Assembly (NCBI GenBank): GCA_965261085.1
Contig: OZ253442.1
Location: 1,824,001 to 1,888,000, forward strand
Direction: 5' to 3'
Length of the DNA stretch: 64,000 bases
Source: a bacterium
GTDB lineage: Bacteria; UBA8248
Each line of letters starts with the position of its first letter. Position 1 is the first letter of the stretch. The translations under genes were made by a program, and so were the position numbers. Below, piece by piece: positions 21,031-29,697 of the stretch. The notes beneath the pieces are model-generated. The model saw only the letters and a list, made by a program, of their open reading frames with translations, did not search any database and was not told where the DNA came from.

Positions 21031-21112
21031 GGGTTTTCTCCCGTCAGGTCGAAAGGCGTCCGTGCGCGACGGGTTCTTGATCGTCCGCCGCGACTTGGTT
21101 GCGGTCTCCGGC

Positions 21113-22345
21113 CTAGACCGTGAGCATTTCGTGGGTCGGCGCGGTCATCTTCTCGATGGGCAGTCCGTGCGTGCAGGCGCCTGCGCAGCTTTGGTGGCTG
21201 CATGTGAGACATGCCGATGCGCCCGCGCCCAGGAGGGAGTACTCGGCTTTGGCGAATCGCACGTCTTCATAGTCTGTCGCATACATGCGGGTGCGGAGCA
21301 CGTCCGCGATGGGGACGTTCTCCGGACACGCGCCCTCACAATCGTTGCACGCATGGCGGCAGTAGGAAGCTCCGTTGAGCCGCGCGTATTTTTTGAGGAT
21401 CGGCATTTCACGGCGCGATATCTTCTTCCAGCCCGAGCCGCCCACGAACTCTGTGATGTTCTCCTTGCTCGTCATCGAGATGATGAGGGAGTCCACGTTG
21501 GGGTTCGAGAGCACCCAGCGGAAGGCGGCCTGCGAGTAAGTGGCGCCTCCTTTCTCATAGAGCCGCATGTCGTTTAGGCGCGCGCCCATGAGCGTTTTCA
21601 TGGCGACGACGCCGATGCCCTTGGCCTTCGCCCTTGCGAGGACCCCGGGCAGTTTCGGGAATCTGGCGATGAAATCGAAACCGCGCGTGAACCTCTGGTA
21701 GAAGGCCGGGTCCTGGCCGAAATTGTACGCCACCAGGAATACGTCCACCGCACTGTTGTCGATGCAGTAATCGAGGCACTCGATCAGGTTGCCCGCATGG
21801 CCGGACATGCCGGAATACCGGATTTTCCCCTGTTTTTTCGCAAGCGCCACGAACTCGCCCCATTCGGGGTTCTTCAACCTGTCCACGTCGTTCACCGCGT
21901 GGTTGAAATAGACGTCCACATAATCGGTCTGGAGTTTTCGCAGGCTTTGTTCGAGAGAGCGCATCATCGACTCTTTTTTGTCCGTGGAACTCGTATGCGT
22001 CTTGGAAGTGAGGTAGACCTTGTGGCGTTTTCCCTTGAGCGCGCGGCCGATGGTGGTCTCGGATTCTCCCCAGGAGTAGCTCTCTGCGGTGTCGAAATAG
22101 TTGATCCCTGAATCGAGGGCGTGGAGAACGAGGTCTTCCTCGCCTGCGCCCAATCGGCTGCCGCCGAATGAAATGTCCGACATCTTGATGTCCGTTTTGC
22201 CCAGGGTGACGTAGCGGCGAACCCGGTTCTGCGCGGCGTCCGCTTCCATGGCGCGCGCGAGGGGCAGGAGTCCTGCGCCGAGACCGGCGAAAGCGCTTTT
22301 TCGGATAAAATCGCGTCTTGGTAAAAAGTCGGAATGATGGGGCAT
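21113..22345 (-). CDS. Tat-signal aldo/keto reductase with C-terminal Fe-S dicluster
   Basis: RRDFIRK Tat motif, GINYFDTAESY, SLRKLQTDYVD, C-terminal CRHACNDCEGAC / CLTC...CAGAC. Confidence 0.85.
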   Translation of the reverse strand: MPHHSDFLPRRDFIRKSAFAGLGAGLLPLARAMEADAAQNRVRRYVTLGKTDIKMSDISFGGSRLGAGEEDLVLHALDSGINYFDTAESYSWGESETTIGRALKGKRHKVYLTSKTHTSSTDKKESMMRSLEQSLRKLQTDYVDVYFNHAVNDVDRLKNPEWGEFVALAKKQGKIRYSGMSGHAGNLIECLDYCIDNSAVDVFLVAYNFGQDPAFYQRFTRGFDFIARFPKLPGVLARAKAKGIGVVAMKTLMGARLNDMRLYEKGGATYSQAAFRWVLSNPNVDSLIISMTSKENITEFVGGSGWKKISRREMPILKKYARLNGASYCRHACNDCEGACPENVPIADVLRTRMYATDYEDVRFAKAEYSLLGAGASACLTCSHQSCAGACTHGLPIEKMTAPTHEMLTV

Positions 22346-22537
22346 CGGCATTCTCCACGGTAGAGAAAGGTGGCGACCCGCCTATCTCACCTTATTTTTT
22401 CGTTCCGGTCAATTCGCGGGATTTGCTCGCTCATCAAGTCTTTGCGCCAGCGGATCCCGGACGCGAAAACGGCCTCTCTCCGCACGCGACGCCATTTTCA
22501 AATACCGGCCTGTAGAACAAGCCTTACCTCATGAAAA

Positions 22538-23770
22538 TCATGCGTCGATGACCCGGAAGCTCCTGTCCTGCGGGATGAGCATCTCCCAGCCGTTTTCCTT
22601 CACGATCACCGAGTATTCGATCTGGTATCCCCCGAAGCCGAACGTGCCGATGGGCGCCTCGATGTTGATCACCGAATCGACGGGGAAAGGAATCTCGGAG
22701 GTTTTTGGGTAGAACGGCTGGTCGTGCTTCGATTCAGGACCCAGGATGAACGGGAATTCCCTCGCTTCGAGGCCAATCGTGTGGCCGGCGAAGGGTGCGT
22801 CGAACTCGGCGAAGCGCGACTGGATTCCCTTGAGCAGGGCCTGATATATCTGGTTGCCCGTGCAGCCGGCCTTTATCACTTCCAGGCATTCGTGGAATCC
22901 CTCTTCGACCCCCTTCCATTCGCGCTGCGTCCGCGCGCTCGGCTCGCCGATGGAGCCGCAGCTTCCCGTGTCGGCGTTGTAGTTTCTATGAAAGAGCCCC
23001 GCGTCGAACATGAAGCCGTCGCCCTTTTGGAGTTTTCTGTCGGTGGGGGGAAAGATGAAGACGCCCCTCGGGCCGCTGTTGAAGTGGAACCAGTGCCACA
23101 TGCCGCCGGGCCGGGCCACCTCCTGGCGCCAGACCTCGGCCACCTCGCGCTCGCTCACGCCCTCGCGCACGAAGTCGAACACCTCGGAGATGGCGTCTTC
23201 ATTCACCTGGGCCGCCTCGCGCAGGCGGTCGAGTTCATCCGCCGTCTTGACGAGGCGCGTCATGAGGAACAGGCCCGAACCCGGGATAAATTCACAATGG
23301 GGGAGTTTTTCCTTCAAGGTGGCGAACAGGCTGTCCGGGCAGCCCTCCTCATCCAGGGCGATTTTGCCGGAAGTGATGCCCCGGTCCCTGAGCGCGGCGA
23401 GGAGCCCGTCGAGAAGGGTCGCGTGCTTGCCTCCGCTCGCATGAAGCTCCCGGTAGCGCCTCATCTCGTCGTCGTGCGGCTCATAGCCTTCCGGTTCGAT
23501 GTGATTCGCCTGTCCTCCCCAGACGTAGACGTTCTCCGCGTGTCCGCCATAGGCGGCGTAATAGGTGTTGTCCGCGCGGTTCATGATGAGGTCGGTGCCC
23601 GCGTCGGGGTTGTTGGTGATCACGCCATAGCTTTTGCGCGCGCGGTAGACCCGCTGCGCCCAGCCGATGTGGCCCGTCAGATAGGTGACGTTCTCAAGCG
23701 TCGTGCCGATCATGGCGACCACGTCGTGTTCTTTCATCAGTTCCAGCGCGTGTTCCCTGTTGTAAAGCAT
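22538..23770 (-). CDS. M24 (Xaa-Pro peptidase/creatinase-fold) hydrolase
   Basis: ENVTYLTG creatinase-N domain, RLVKT..EL, metal ligands D,D,H,E,E; GGAGA RBS before ATG 23770. Confidence 0.85.
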   Translation of the reverse strand: MLYNREHALELMKEHDVVAMIGTTLENVTYLTGHIGWAQRVYRARKSYGVITNNPDAGTDLIMNRADNTYYAAYGGHAENVYVWGGQANHIEPEGYEPHDDEMRRYRELHASGGKHATLLDGLLAALRDRGITSGKIALDEEGCPDSLFATLKEKLPHCEFIPGSGLFLMTRLVKTADELDRLREAAQVNEDAISEVFDFVREGVSEREVAEVWRQEVARPGGMWHWFHFNSGPRGVFIFPPTDRKLQKGDGFMFDAGLFHRNYNADTGSCGSIGEPSARTQREWKGVEEGFHECLEVIKAGCTGNQIYQALLKGIQSRFAEFDAPFAGHTIGLEAREFPFILGPESKHDQPFYPKTSEIPFPVDSVINIEAPIGTFGFGGYQIEYSVIVKENGWEMLIPQDRSFRVIDA

Positions 23771-23949
23771 GGTTTTCTCCCTGAAAAAATTCTTTTGCTT
23801 CATGAAATTTTGTTGGAAAGTGTCCTGGGGGGAATATGTATCACAACCAAAGCGTTTCAGGCGAGGCGATGCGCCTTGACAGAAACGTCCCGAAGCGCAA
23901 GGTTTAATAACAGCAAGAGCATTTGGGTTATCATCATGAGGAGATGGAG

Positions 23950-24531
23950 TTGAGCGTGGAACTGGATCGCCCGAGCGCCGAGGCGCTTTTATTCGAGTGG
24001 ACGAAAAGCCCCGGCTTGAGAGCGCATGCCCGGGCGGTGGAGGCCGCGCTGCGCGCCTACGCGAAGAAATTCGGAGAAGACGAGGCGCTTTGGGGAGTCA
24101 CAGGCCTGCTGCACGACATGGATTACGAGAAACATCCATCGCCCGAAGAGCACCCCGAGACCGGCTGCGCGGCGCTCCGTGAGGCGGGCTATCCCGAAGA
24201 GATGATACAGGCCATCCTGGGACATGCCCAGTATCTGGACGTTCCCCGGGAGACGCGCCTGGCTCAAGCGCTTTTCGCCGTGGATGAGTTGGTGGGCCTC
24301 ATCACCGCCGTCTCTCTGGTGAACCCGGCGAAAGACATCCGCGAGGTCAAGCCGAGAAGCATACGGAAAAAGTGGAAGGACAAGGCTTTCGCCAAGGGTG
24401 TGAATCGCGAGGACGTGGAGACGGGAGCCTCCGAACTGGGGGTGCCTTTGGAGGAGCACGTCGCCTTTACGCTGGAAGCTATGCAGGGCGCGGCTGAGGA
24501 TTTGGGCCTCGATGGCTCGCGCGCTCGTTGA
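23950..24531 (+). CDS. HD/HDIG domain hydrolase
   Basis: H...V, GLLHDMDYE, AILGHA, LFAVDELVG, KDKAFAKGVNR. Confidence 0.85.
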   Translation: MSVELDRPSAEALLFEWTKSPGLRAHARAVEAALRAYAKKFGEDEALWGVTGLLHDMDYEKHPSPEEHPETGCAALREAGYPEEMIQAILGHAQYLDVPRETRLAQALFAVDELVGLITAVSLVNPAKDIREVKPRSIRKKWKDKAFAKGVNREDVETGASELGVPLEEHVAFTLEAMQGAAEDLGLDGSRAR

Positions 24532-24569
24532 TGTGTTTGTTTTTTTTTGTAAAAAAGGTTGATTTCACG

Positions 24570-24598
24570 TTGACGGCTTTGATTGATTTAAGCATAAT
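24570..24598 (+). promoter_or_regulatory. sigma70-type promoter of korAB
   Basis: TTGACG-17 bp-CATAAT preceded by A/T tracts (UP-like). Confidence 0.6.
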
Positions 24599-24751
24599 TC
24601 GCGATCGGCTGGTTGGTCGATGAATCGCCACTCGGACTCAAAAAAGATATGCCCAAAAAAGACATGCACGACTTATGGTATTTCTCAGTGAATGAAACCC
24701 TCCACGTATTTTCCGACACCAGGTCAATCCAACTAAAGGACATCCAAACCA

Positions 24752-26608
24752 ATGGCTGAGTCTTCAGGTAAAAACGGGGCTGAGAAGCAGCTTGTTGAAC
24801 TAGAAACGGTGGCGATCCGCTTCGCCGGGGACTCCGGCGACGGAATGCAGCTTACCGGAGACAGGTTCACGAACGCGGCGGCCATTGCCGGGAACGATCT
24901 GAGCACGTTCCCCGATTTTCCCGCCGAGATTCGCGCGCCTGTCGGGACTCTCGCCGGAGTGAGCGGGTTCCAGATCAATTTCTCGAGCAAGGACATTCAT
25001 ACGCCGGGCGACGCCGTGGACGTTCTGGTGGCGATGAACCCCGCCGCGCTCAAGACGAGCATCTGCGATTTGAAGAGCGGCGGCATCATCATCGCCAACG
25101 TCGACAACTTCGGCCCGAAGAATCTCGACAAGGCCGGCTATGCGTCGAACCCCCTCGAGGATGAGGAGTTCAAGAGCAACTATGATGTCCACGAGGTGAA
25201 GATCACCTCCATGACGCGCCGGGCCCTGGAAGACATGGAGCTTCAGTCCAACCTGGCGGATCGGTGCAAGAACTTCTTCGCGCTGGGTCTGATGTTCTGG
25301 ATGTATTCGCGCCCCATCGAGCCGACCAAGCAGTGGATCGAGGAGAAATTCGGAAAACGCCCCGAGTTCGTGCAAGCCAACACGCGCGCCCTCGAGGCGG
25401 GTTTTTTCTTTGGTGAGAACACCGAGGTCTTCACCAGCAACTACATCGTGCGCGAAGCGACCTATCCGCCCGGCAAATACAGAAACATCTCGGGCAACGT
25501 CGCCCTGGCCTTCGGCTTCATCGCGGCGACGAAGAAGATGGGGATCAACCTTTTCTGGGGTGCCTATCCGATAACGCCGGCCAGCGACGTTCTCCACGAA
25601 CTCTCCCGCCACAAGAATTTCGGTGTGCAGACCTTCCAGGCGGAAGATGAAATCGCGGCCGTCTCCTCCGCTCTGGGCGCTTCGTTCACAGGCTCTCTCG
25701 GCGTGACGTGCTCCAGCGGTCCCGGCATCGCCCTGAAGGCCGAAGCCATGGGGCTGGCCGTGATGACGGAGCTTCCCATGGTCATCGCCAACATCCAGCG
25801 CGGCGGCCCGAGCACGGGCCTTCCCACGAAGACCGAGCAGGCCGACCTTCTCCAGGTGATGTTCGGGCGCAACAGCGAGAGCCCGCTGCCGGTCGTGGCG
25901 GCGGCCACGCCGGGGGATTGCTTCTGGACGGCGATAGAAGCGTGCCGCCTGGCGGTGAAATACATGACGCCCGTGGTGGTTTTGAGCGACGGTTATCTGG
26001 CCAACGGTTCCGAACCCTGGCTGCTGCCCAAGGCCTCCGACATCCCCGAGATGCCGGTAGCCTTCCGGACGGACCCGGAAGGGTTCCTGCCCTACCAGCG
26101 GGACCCCGAAACGCTGGCCCGTCCGTGGGCGATTCCCGGGACGCCCGGGCTCGAGCACAGAATCGGCGGAATCGAAAAAGAGGACGGGACCGGCAACGTC
26201 AACTACGAGCCCGAGAACCACGAATTCATGGTGCGCACGCGCGACGCGAAAATTGCGGGCATTGCGAAGGACATCCCGCCCGTGGAGGTCATCGGCGAGA
26301 AGAGCGGCAAGGTTCTCGTCATCGGTTGGGGTGGAACCTTCGGCGCCATCACGGCGGCGATGGAGGCTCTACAAGCTCGCGGCGCCTCCGTATCCCAGGT
26401 TCACCTCCGGCACCTCAACCCCTTCCCGGCGAACCTCGAAGAAGTGATGAGCGGTTTCGAAAAAATTCTCATCCCCGAGCTGAACCTCGGGCAACTCTCC
26501 AAAATGCTCCGCTACCAATATCTGGTCGACACGATCAGCTTCAATAAAGTACAAGGAAAGCCCTTCAAGGTCGGCGAACTGATTACCAAGATTGAGGAGT
26601 TACTCTAA
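24752..26608 (+). CDS. korA: 2-oxoacid:ferredoxin oxidoreductase alpha subunit (gamma-alpha fusion)
   Basis: FAGDSGDGMQ, YPITPAS, QAEDEIAA, QRGGPSTGLPTK. Confidence 0.9.
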   Translation: MAESSGKNGAEKQLVELETVAIRFAGDSGDGMQLTGDRFTNAAAIAGNDLSTFPDFPAEIRAPVGTLAGVSGFQINFSSKDIHTPGDAVDVLVAMNPAALKTSICDLKSGGIIIANVDNFGPKNLDKAGYASNPLEDEEFKSNYDVHEVKITSMTRRALEDMELQSNLADRCKNFFALGLMFWMYSRPIEPTKQWIEEKFGKRPEFVQANTRALEAGFFFGENTEVFTSNYIVREATYPPGKYRNISGNVALAFGFIAATKKMGINLFWGAYPITPASDVLHELSRHKNFGVQTFQAEDEIAAVSSALGASFTGSLGVTCSSGPGIALKAEAMGLAVMTELPMVIANIQRGGPSTGLPTKTEQADLLQVMFGRNSESPLPVVAAATPGDCFWTAIEACRLAVKYMTPVVVLSDGYLANGSEPWLLPKASDIPEMPVAFRTDPEGFLPYQRDPETLARPWAIPGTPGLEHRIGGIEKEDGTGNVNYEPENHEFMVRTRDAKIAGIAKDIPPVEVIGEKSGKVLVIGWGGTFGAITAAMEALQARGASVSQVHLRHLNPFPANLEEVMSGFEKILIPELNLGQLSKMLRYQYLVDTISFNKVQGKPFKVGELITKIEELL

Positions 26609-27631
26609 ATGTCTACAACGACAGCCAAGAACGGCGGTGGGTTGGGCCTCACCCGCAAGGATTTTAAGTCCGACCAAGTCGTGCGCTGGTGCCCGGGTTG
26701 CGGAGACTACGCGATTCTCGCCCAGATGCAGAAGGTGCTGCCGAACCTCGGGATTCCGCGCGAGAAATTCGTTTTCGTCTCCGGCATCGGCTGCGCGGCG
26801 CGCTTTCCGTATTACATGGATACCTTCGGTTTCCACACCATTCACGGGCGGGCGCCTGCGTTCGCCACCGGCGTGAAGGTGAGCAATCCGGAACTTTCCG
26901 TCTGGGTCATCAGCGGCGACGGCGATGCGCTGAGCATCGGCGGAAACCATCTGATTCACTCCATGCGCCGCAACGTGGGCGTCAAGATTATTCTCTTCAA
27001 CAACCGCGTCTACGGATTGACCAAAGGCCAGTATTCGCCCACCTCGCTTATGGGCTCGCGCACGAAATCCACGCCCATCGGCTCGGTGGACTATCCGCTT
27101 CACCCGCTGACGCTGGCCCTGGGGGCGGAGTGCAGCTTCGTCGCCCGCACCTCGGACAGGGATCAGAAGCACATGGCTGCGATGTTCGAGGAGATGGCGA
27201 ACCACGAGGGAACCTCTCTGCTGGAGGTGCTGCAGAACTGCATCGTGTTCAACGACGGCGCGTGGCATAAATACACCGAAAAAGGCATGAAAGAGCAGAA
27301 CGTGATTTATCTCGAAGACGGCCAGCCTCTCGTCTATGGCCCGGCGGATGATCGCAAGGGAATTTCTCTCGATGATTACAAGGTTCGCATCGTCGAGGCC
27401 GATTCTCCCGACGTCACCGTCCACCGCGTGCATGATGAGGCGGGCGGCTACGCCCACATCCTGAGCCGGGTCGAACTCGAAGGCGGCCCCGTGCCCCTGG
27501 GCGTTCTGAGAAAGGTGGAGCGTCCGCCGTTTGAGGAATTGATGGGCGAGCAGGTCGCCGCGTCCCAGGCGAAAGGCGAGGGTGATATCGACGCGCTCCT
27601 CAATTCAGGAGATACCTGGGAGCACCACTAG
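26609..27631 (+). CDS. korB: 2-oxoacid:ferredoxin oxidoreductase beta subunit
   Basis: WCPGCG, SGIGC, HGRA, GDGD...NN TPP motif, GLTKGQYSPT. Confidence 0.9.
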   Translation: MSTTTAKNGGGLGLTRKDFKSDQVVRWCPGCGDYAILAQMQKVLPNLGIPREKFVFVSGIGCAARFPYYMDTFGFHTIHGRAPAFATGVKVSNPELSVWVISGDGDALSIGGNHLIHSMRRNVGVKIILFNNRVYGLTKGQYSPTSLMGSRTKSTPIGSVDYPLHPLTLALGAECSFVARTSDRDQKHMAAMFEEMANHEGTSLLEVLQNCIVFNDGAWHKYTEKGMKEQNVIYLEDGQPLVYGPADDRKGISLDDYKVRIVEADSPDVTVHRVHDEAGGYAHILSRVELEGGPVPLGVLRKVERPPFEELMGEQVAASQAKGEGDIDALLNSGDTWEHH

Positions 27632-27645
27632 TATTCGTCGCCTCC

Positions 27646-27681
27646 AAAGGGCCGTCGGGATTCGCTCCGACGGCCTTTTTT
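27646..27681 (+). terminator. intrinsic terminator after korB
   Basis: GGCCGTCGG / CCGACGGCC stem followed by T6. Confidence 0.8.
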
Positions 27682-27707
27682 CGCGTTTCCAAACGCGCTT
27701 GGAACCC

Positions 27708-28577
27708 ATGTCCAAAACCTTCACCCTTCTTATCGTTCACGCGCACCCCGATGATGAGTGCAGCAGCACGGGCGGTCTGATTCTCAAGAGCGCGCGGGAA
27801 GGCCACCGCGTCATACTCATCACCTGCACCAACGGCGAGATGGGCGAGATGAAACATCTGGACATGAATCTCGACCCCGATTCCGAGGCCGACAGGCAAA
27901 GGCTCGGGGAAATCAGAAGAGAAGAACTCACCCGGGCGGCGCAGATATTGAACGTCTCGCAGGTTCACACCCTGGGCTATCGCGACTCCGGCATGGACGG
28001 CTGGGAGGGCAACGGGCATCCCGAGGCGTTCAAAAACGCCGATGAGGAAGAAGTCGTGGGCAAGATAGTGGGCTACATACGCCGCTATCGTCCGGACGTG
28101 GTCGTCACCTACAACGAGCAGGGCGGATACGGCCACCCCGATCACGTGATGACCAACAAGGTCACCACCGAGGCGATAGAGGCGGCCGCAGACCCCGACA
28201 GATTCCCCGAAAGCGGAGGAGAGGCCTGGCGGGTCCCCAAGCTCTACCACACGGCGTGGGCGCGCTCGAATATGCTGCGCGCCTGGCGCTGGATGAGGCT
28301 ATTCGGACAAAAAACACCGCTCGATGATCCGGACTTCAGGGAGGACAAATACGGGACGCCGGATGAGCTCATCACCACCCGCGTGAATATCAGCAGATAC
28401 CTTCGCCGCAAATGGCGCGCGCTCACCTCGCACAAGAGCCAAATCAACGGGAATTTCTTCTGGTGGTTCGTCCGCATGACGGGGCGCTGGCTCTACTACG
28501 AGGAGTCCTTCGTTTGCGCCCGCTCGCAGACGGAGGTGAGAGGCGATGAGAGGTCGGTGTTCGAGGGCCTATCCTGA
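27708..28577 (+). CDS. PIG-L/LmbE family deacetylase (MshB/Mca-like)
   Basis: HAHPDDE, TCTNGE.G, LGYRDSGM, GGYGHPDH, HKSQ. Confidence 0.88.
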   Translation: MSKTFTLLIVHAHPDDECSSTGGLILKSAREGHRVILITCTNGEMGEMKHLDMNLDPDSEADRQRLGEIRREELTRAAQILNVSQVHTLGYRDSGMDGWEGNGHPEAFKNADEEEVVGKIVGYIRRYRPDVVVTYNEQGGYGHPDHVMTNKVTTEAIEAAADPDRFPESGGEAWRVPKLYHTAWARSNMLRAWRWMRLFGQKTPLDDPDFREDKYGTPDELITTRVNISRYLRRKWRALTSHKSQINGNFFWWFVRMTGRWLYYEESFVCARSQTEVRGDERSVFEGLS

Positions 28578-28967
28578 GCCGCCTGAAAGGGGCCTGCTGA
28601 CCTCGATCAAAAACCCGTTCGGGTCCTTCAGCATGAACATGCGCACGCCCCAGGGGACGTCGCGGGGCGCGAAGATGACATCCGCCCCCTTTTCGGTGAG
28701 CGCGTCATAGGCGCGGTCGACGTCCTCAGGCGTGAGCGTCACCACGACGCCGGAACCCCGGGGCTCCCGGAGGGGTTCGAGATTCCATTTCCTCATCTCC
28801 TCATCCGGGATCGGCGCGTGGATGATGAGCGAGGTTCCTCCCAGTTCATAGCGAACGTGGTCTTTCGCCCGGCTCGCTTCTTTCAATCCCAGCGTTTCGG
28901 TATAAAAACGACAAGACGCCTCGTAGTCTTTGGTGATGAGAAAAACGGCGGGCAGCGACTCGAACAA
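28569..28967 (-). CDS. VOC/glyoxalase family protein
   Basis: FYTETLGL, DVD..Y..L, PWGVRMF...DPNG..IE; TTG start inferred. Confidence 0.8.
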   Translation of the reverse strand: MFESLPAVFLITKDYEASCRFYTETLGLKEASRAKDHVRYELGGTSLIIHAPIPDEEMRKWNLEPLREPRGSGVVVTLTPEDVDRAYDALTEKGADVIFAPRDVPWGVRMFMLKDPNGFLIEVSRPLSGGSG

Positions 28968-29013
28968 GATGAAGACCTCTTGATGTTCTTGAATTTGCGT
29001 TTGGAGAAAAGGT

Positions 29014-29697
29014 ATGCGCCATCCTCTGGTCGAGTTGAAAGAGGTCTCCAAAACCTACGTCGCGGGTGACGCGCTCGTCCACGCGCTCAAAGACGTCAGC
29101 TTCCGGGCGGAACAGGGCGAGTTTATCACGGTTTCGGGCCCGAGCGGGTCGGGCAAGAGCACGTTTCTGCACTTGATGGGCGCGGTCGACGCGCCATCGA
29201 GCGGCGAGGTCTTTTTCGACGGACGGGACATATCGGGCCTCAGCGACGAAGGTTTGAGCGAAATTCGCCTGAAAGAAGTGGGTTTCATCCATCAGTTTTT
29301 CCATCTCATGCCGACGATGACCGCGTACGAAAACGTCGCCCTGCCCCTCGTGCTCCAAGGCCAAAAACGGGCGCAGGCCAGGGAAGTAGTCGAAAACGCT
29401 TTGGCGCGCGTGGGGCTTACGAACCGGATGCGCAGCTTCCCGAGGCAACTCTCGGGCGGTGAGATGCAAAGGGTGGCCGTCGCGCGCGCCATCATCCACA
29501 AGCCCCGCCTCATCCTCGCCGATGAGCCGACGGGGAATCTCGATTCCGAGAACTCGCAGAAAGTCCTGGAACTCATCTCGGAACTCCACAAAGAAGATGG
29601 TTTCACGATCGTCATGGCGACGCACGACCAGATGCCATTGCGCTACGCCACGCGGAGTGTCGGGATAACCGATGGCCGCCTGGAGGCGGCGGTATGA
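29014..29697 (+). CDS. ABC transporter ATP-binding protein (LolD/MacB type)
   Basis: GPSGSGKS, LSGGEMQR, LADEPTGNLD, ATHD. Confidence 0.93.
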   Translation: MRHPLVELKEVSKTYVAGDALVHALKDVSFRAEQGEFITVSGPSGSGKSTFLHLMGAVDAPSSGEVFFDGRDISGLSDEGLSEIRLKEVGFIHQFFHLMPTMTAYENVALPLVLQGQKRAQAREVVENALARVGLTNRMRSFPRQLSGGEMQRVAVARAIIHKPRLILADEPTGNLDSENSQKVLELISELHKEDGFTIVMATHDQMPLRYATRSVGITDGRLEAAV

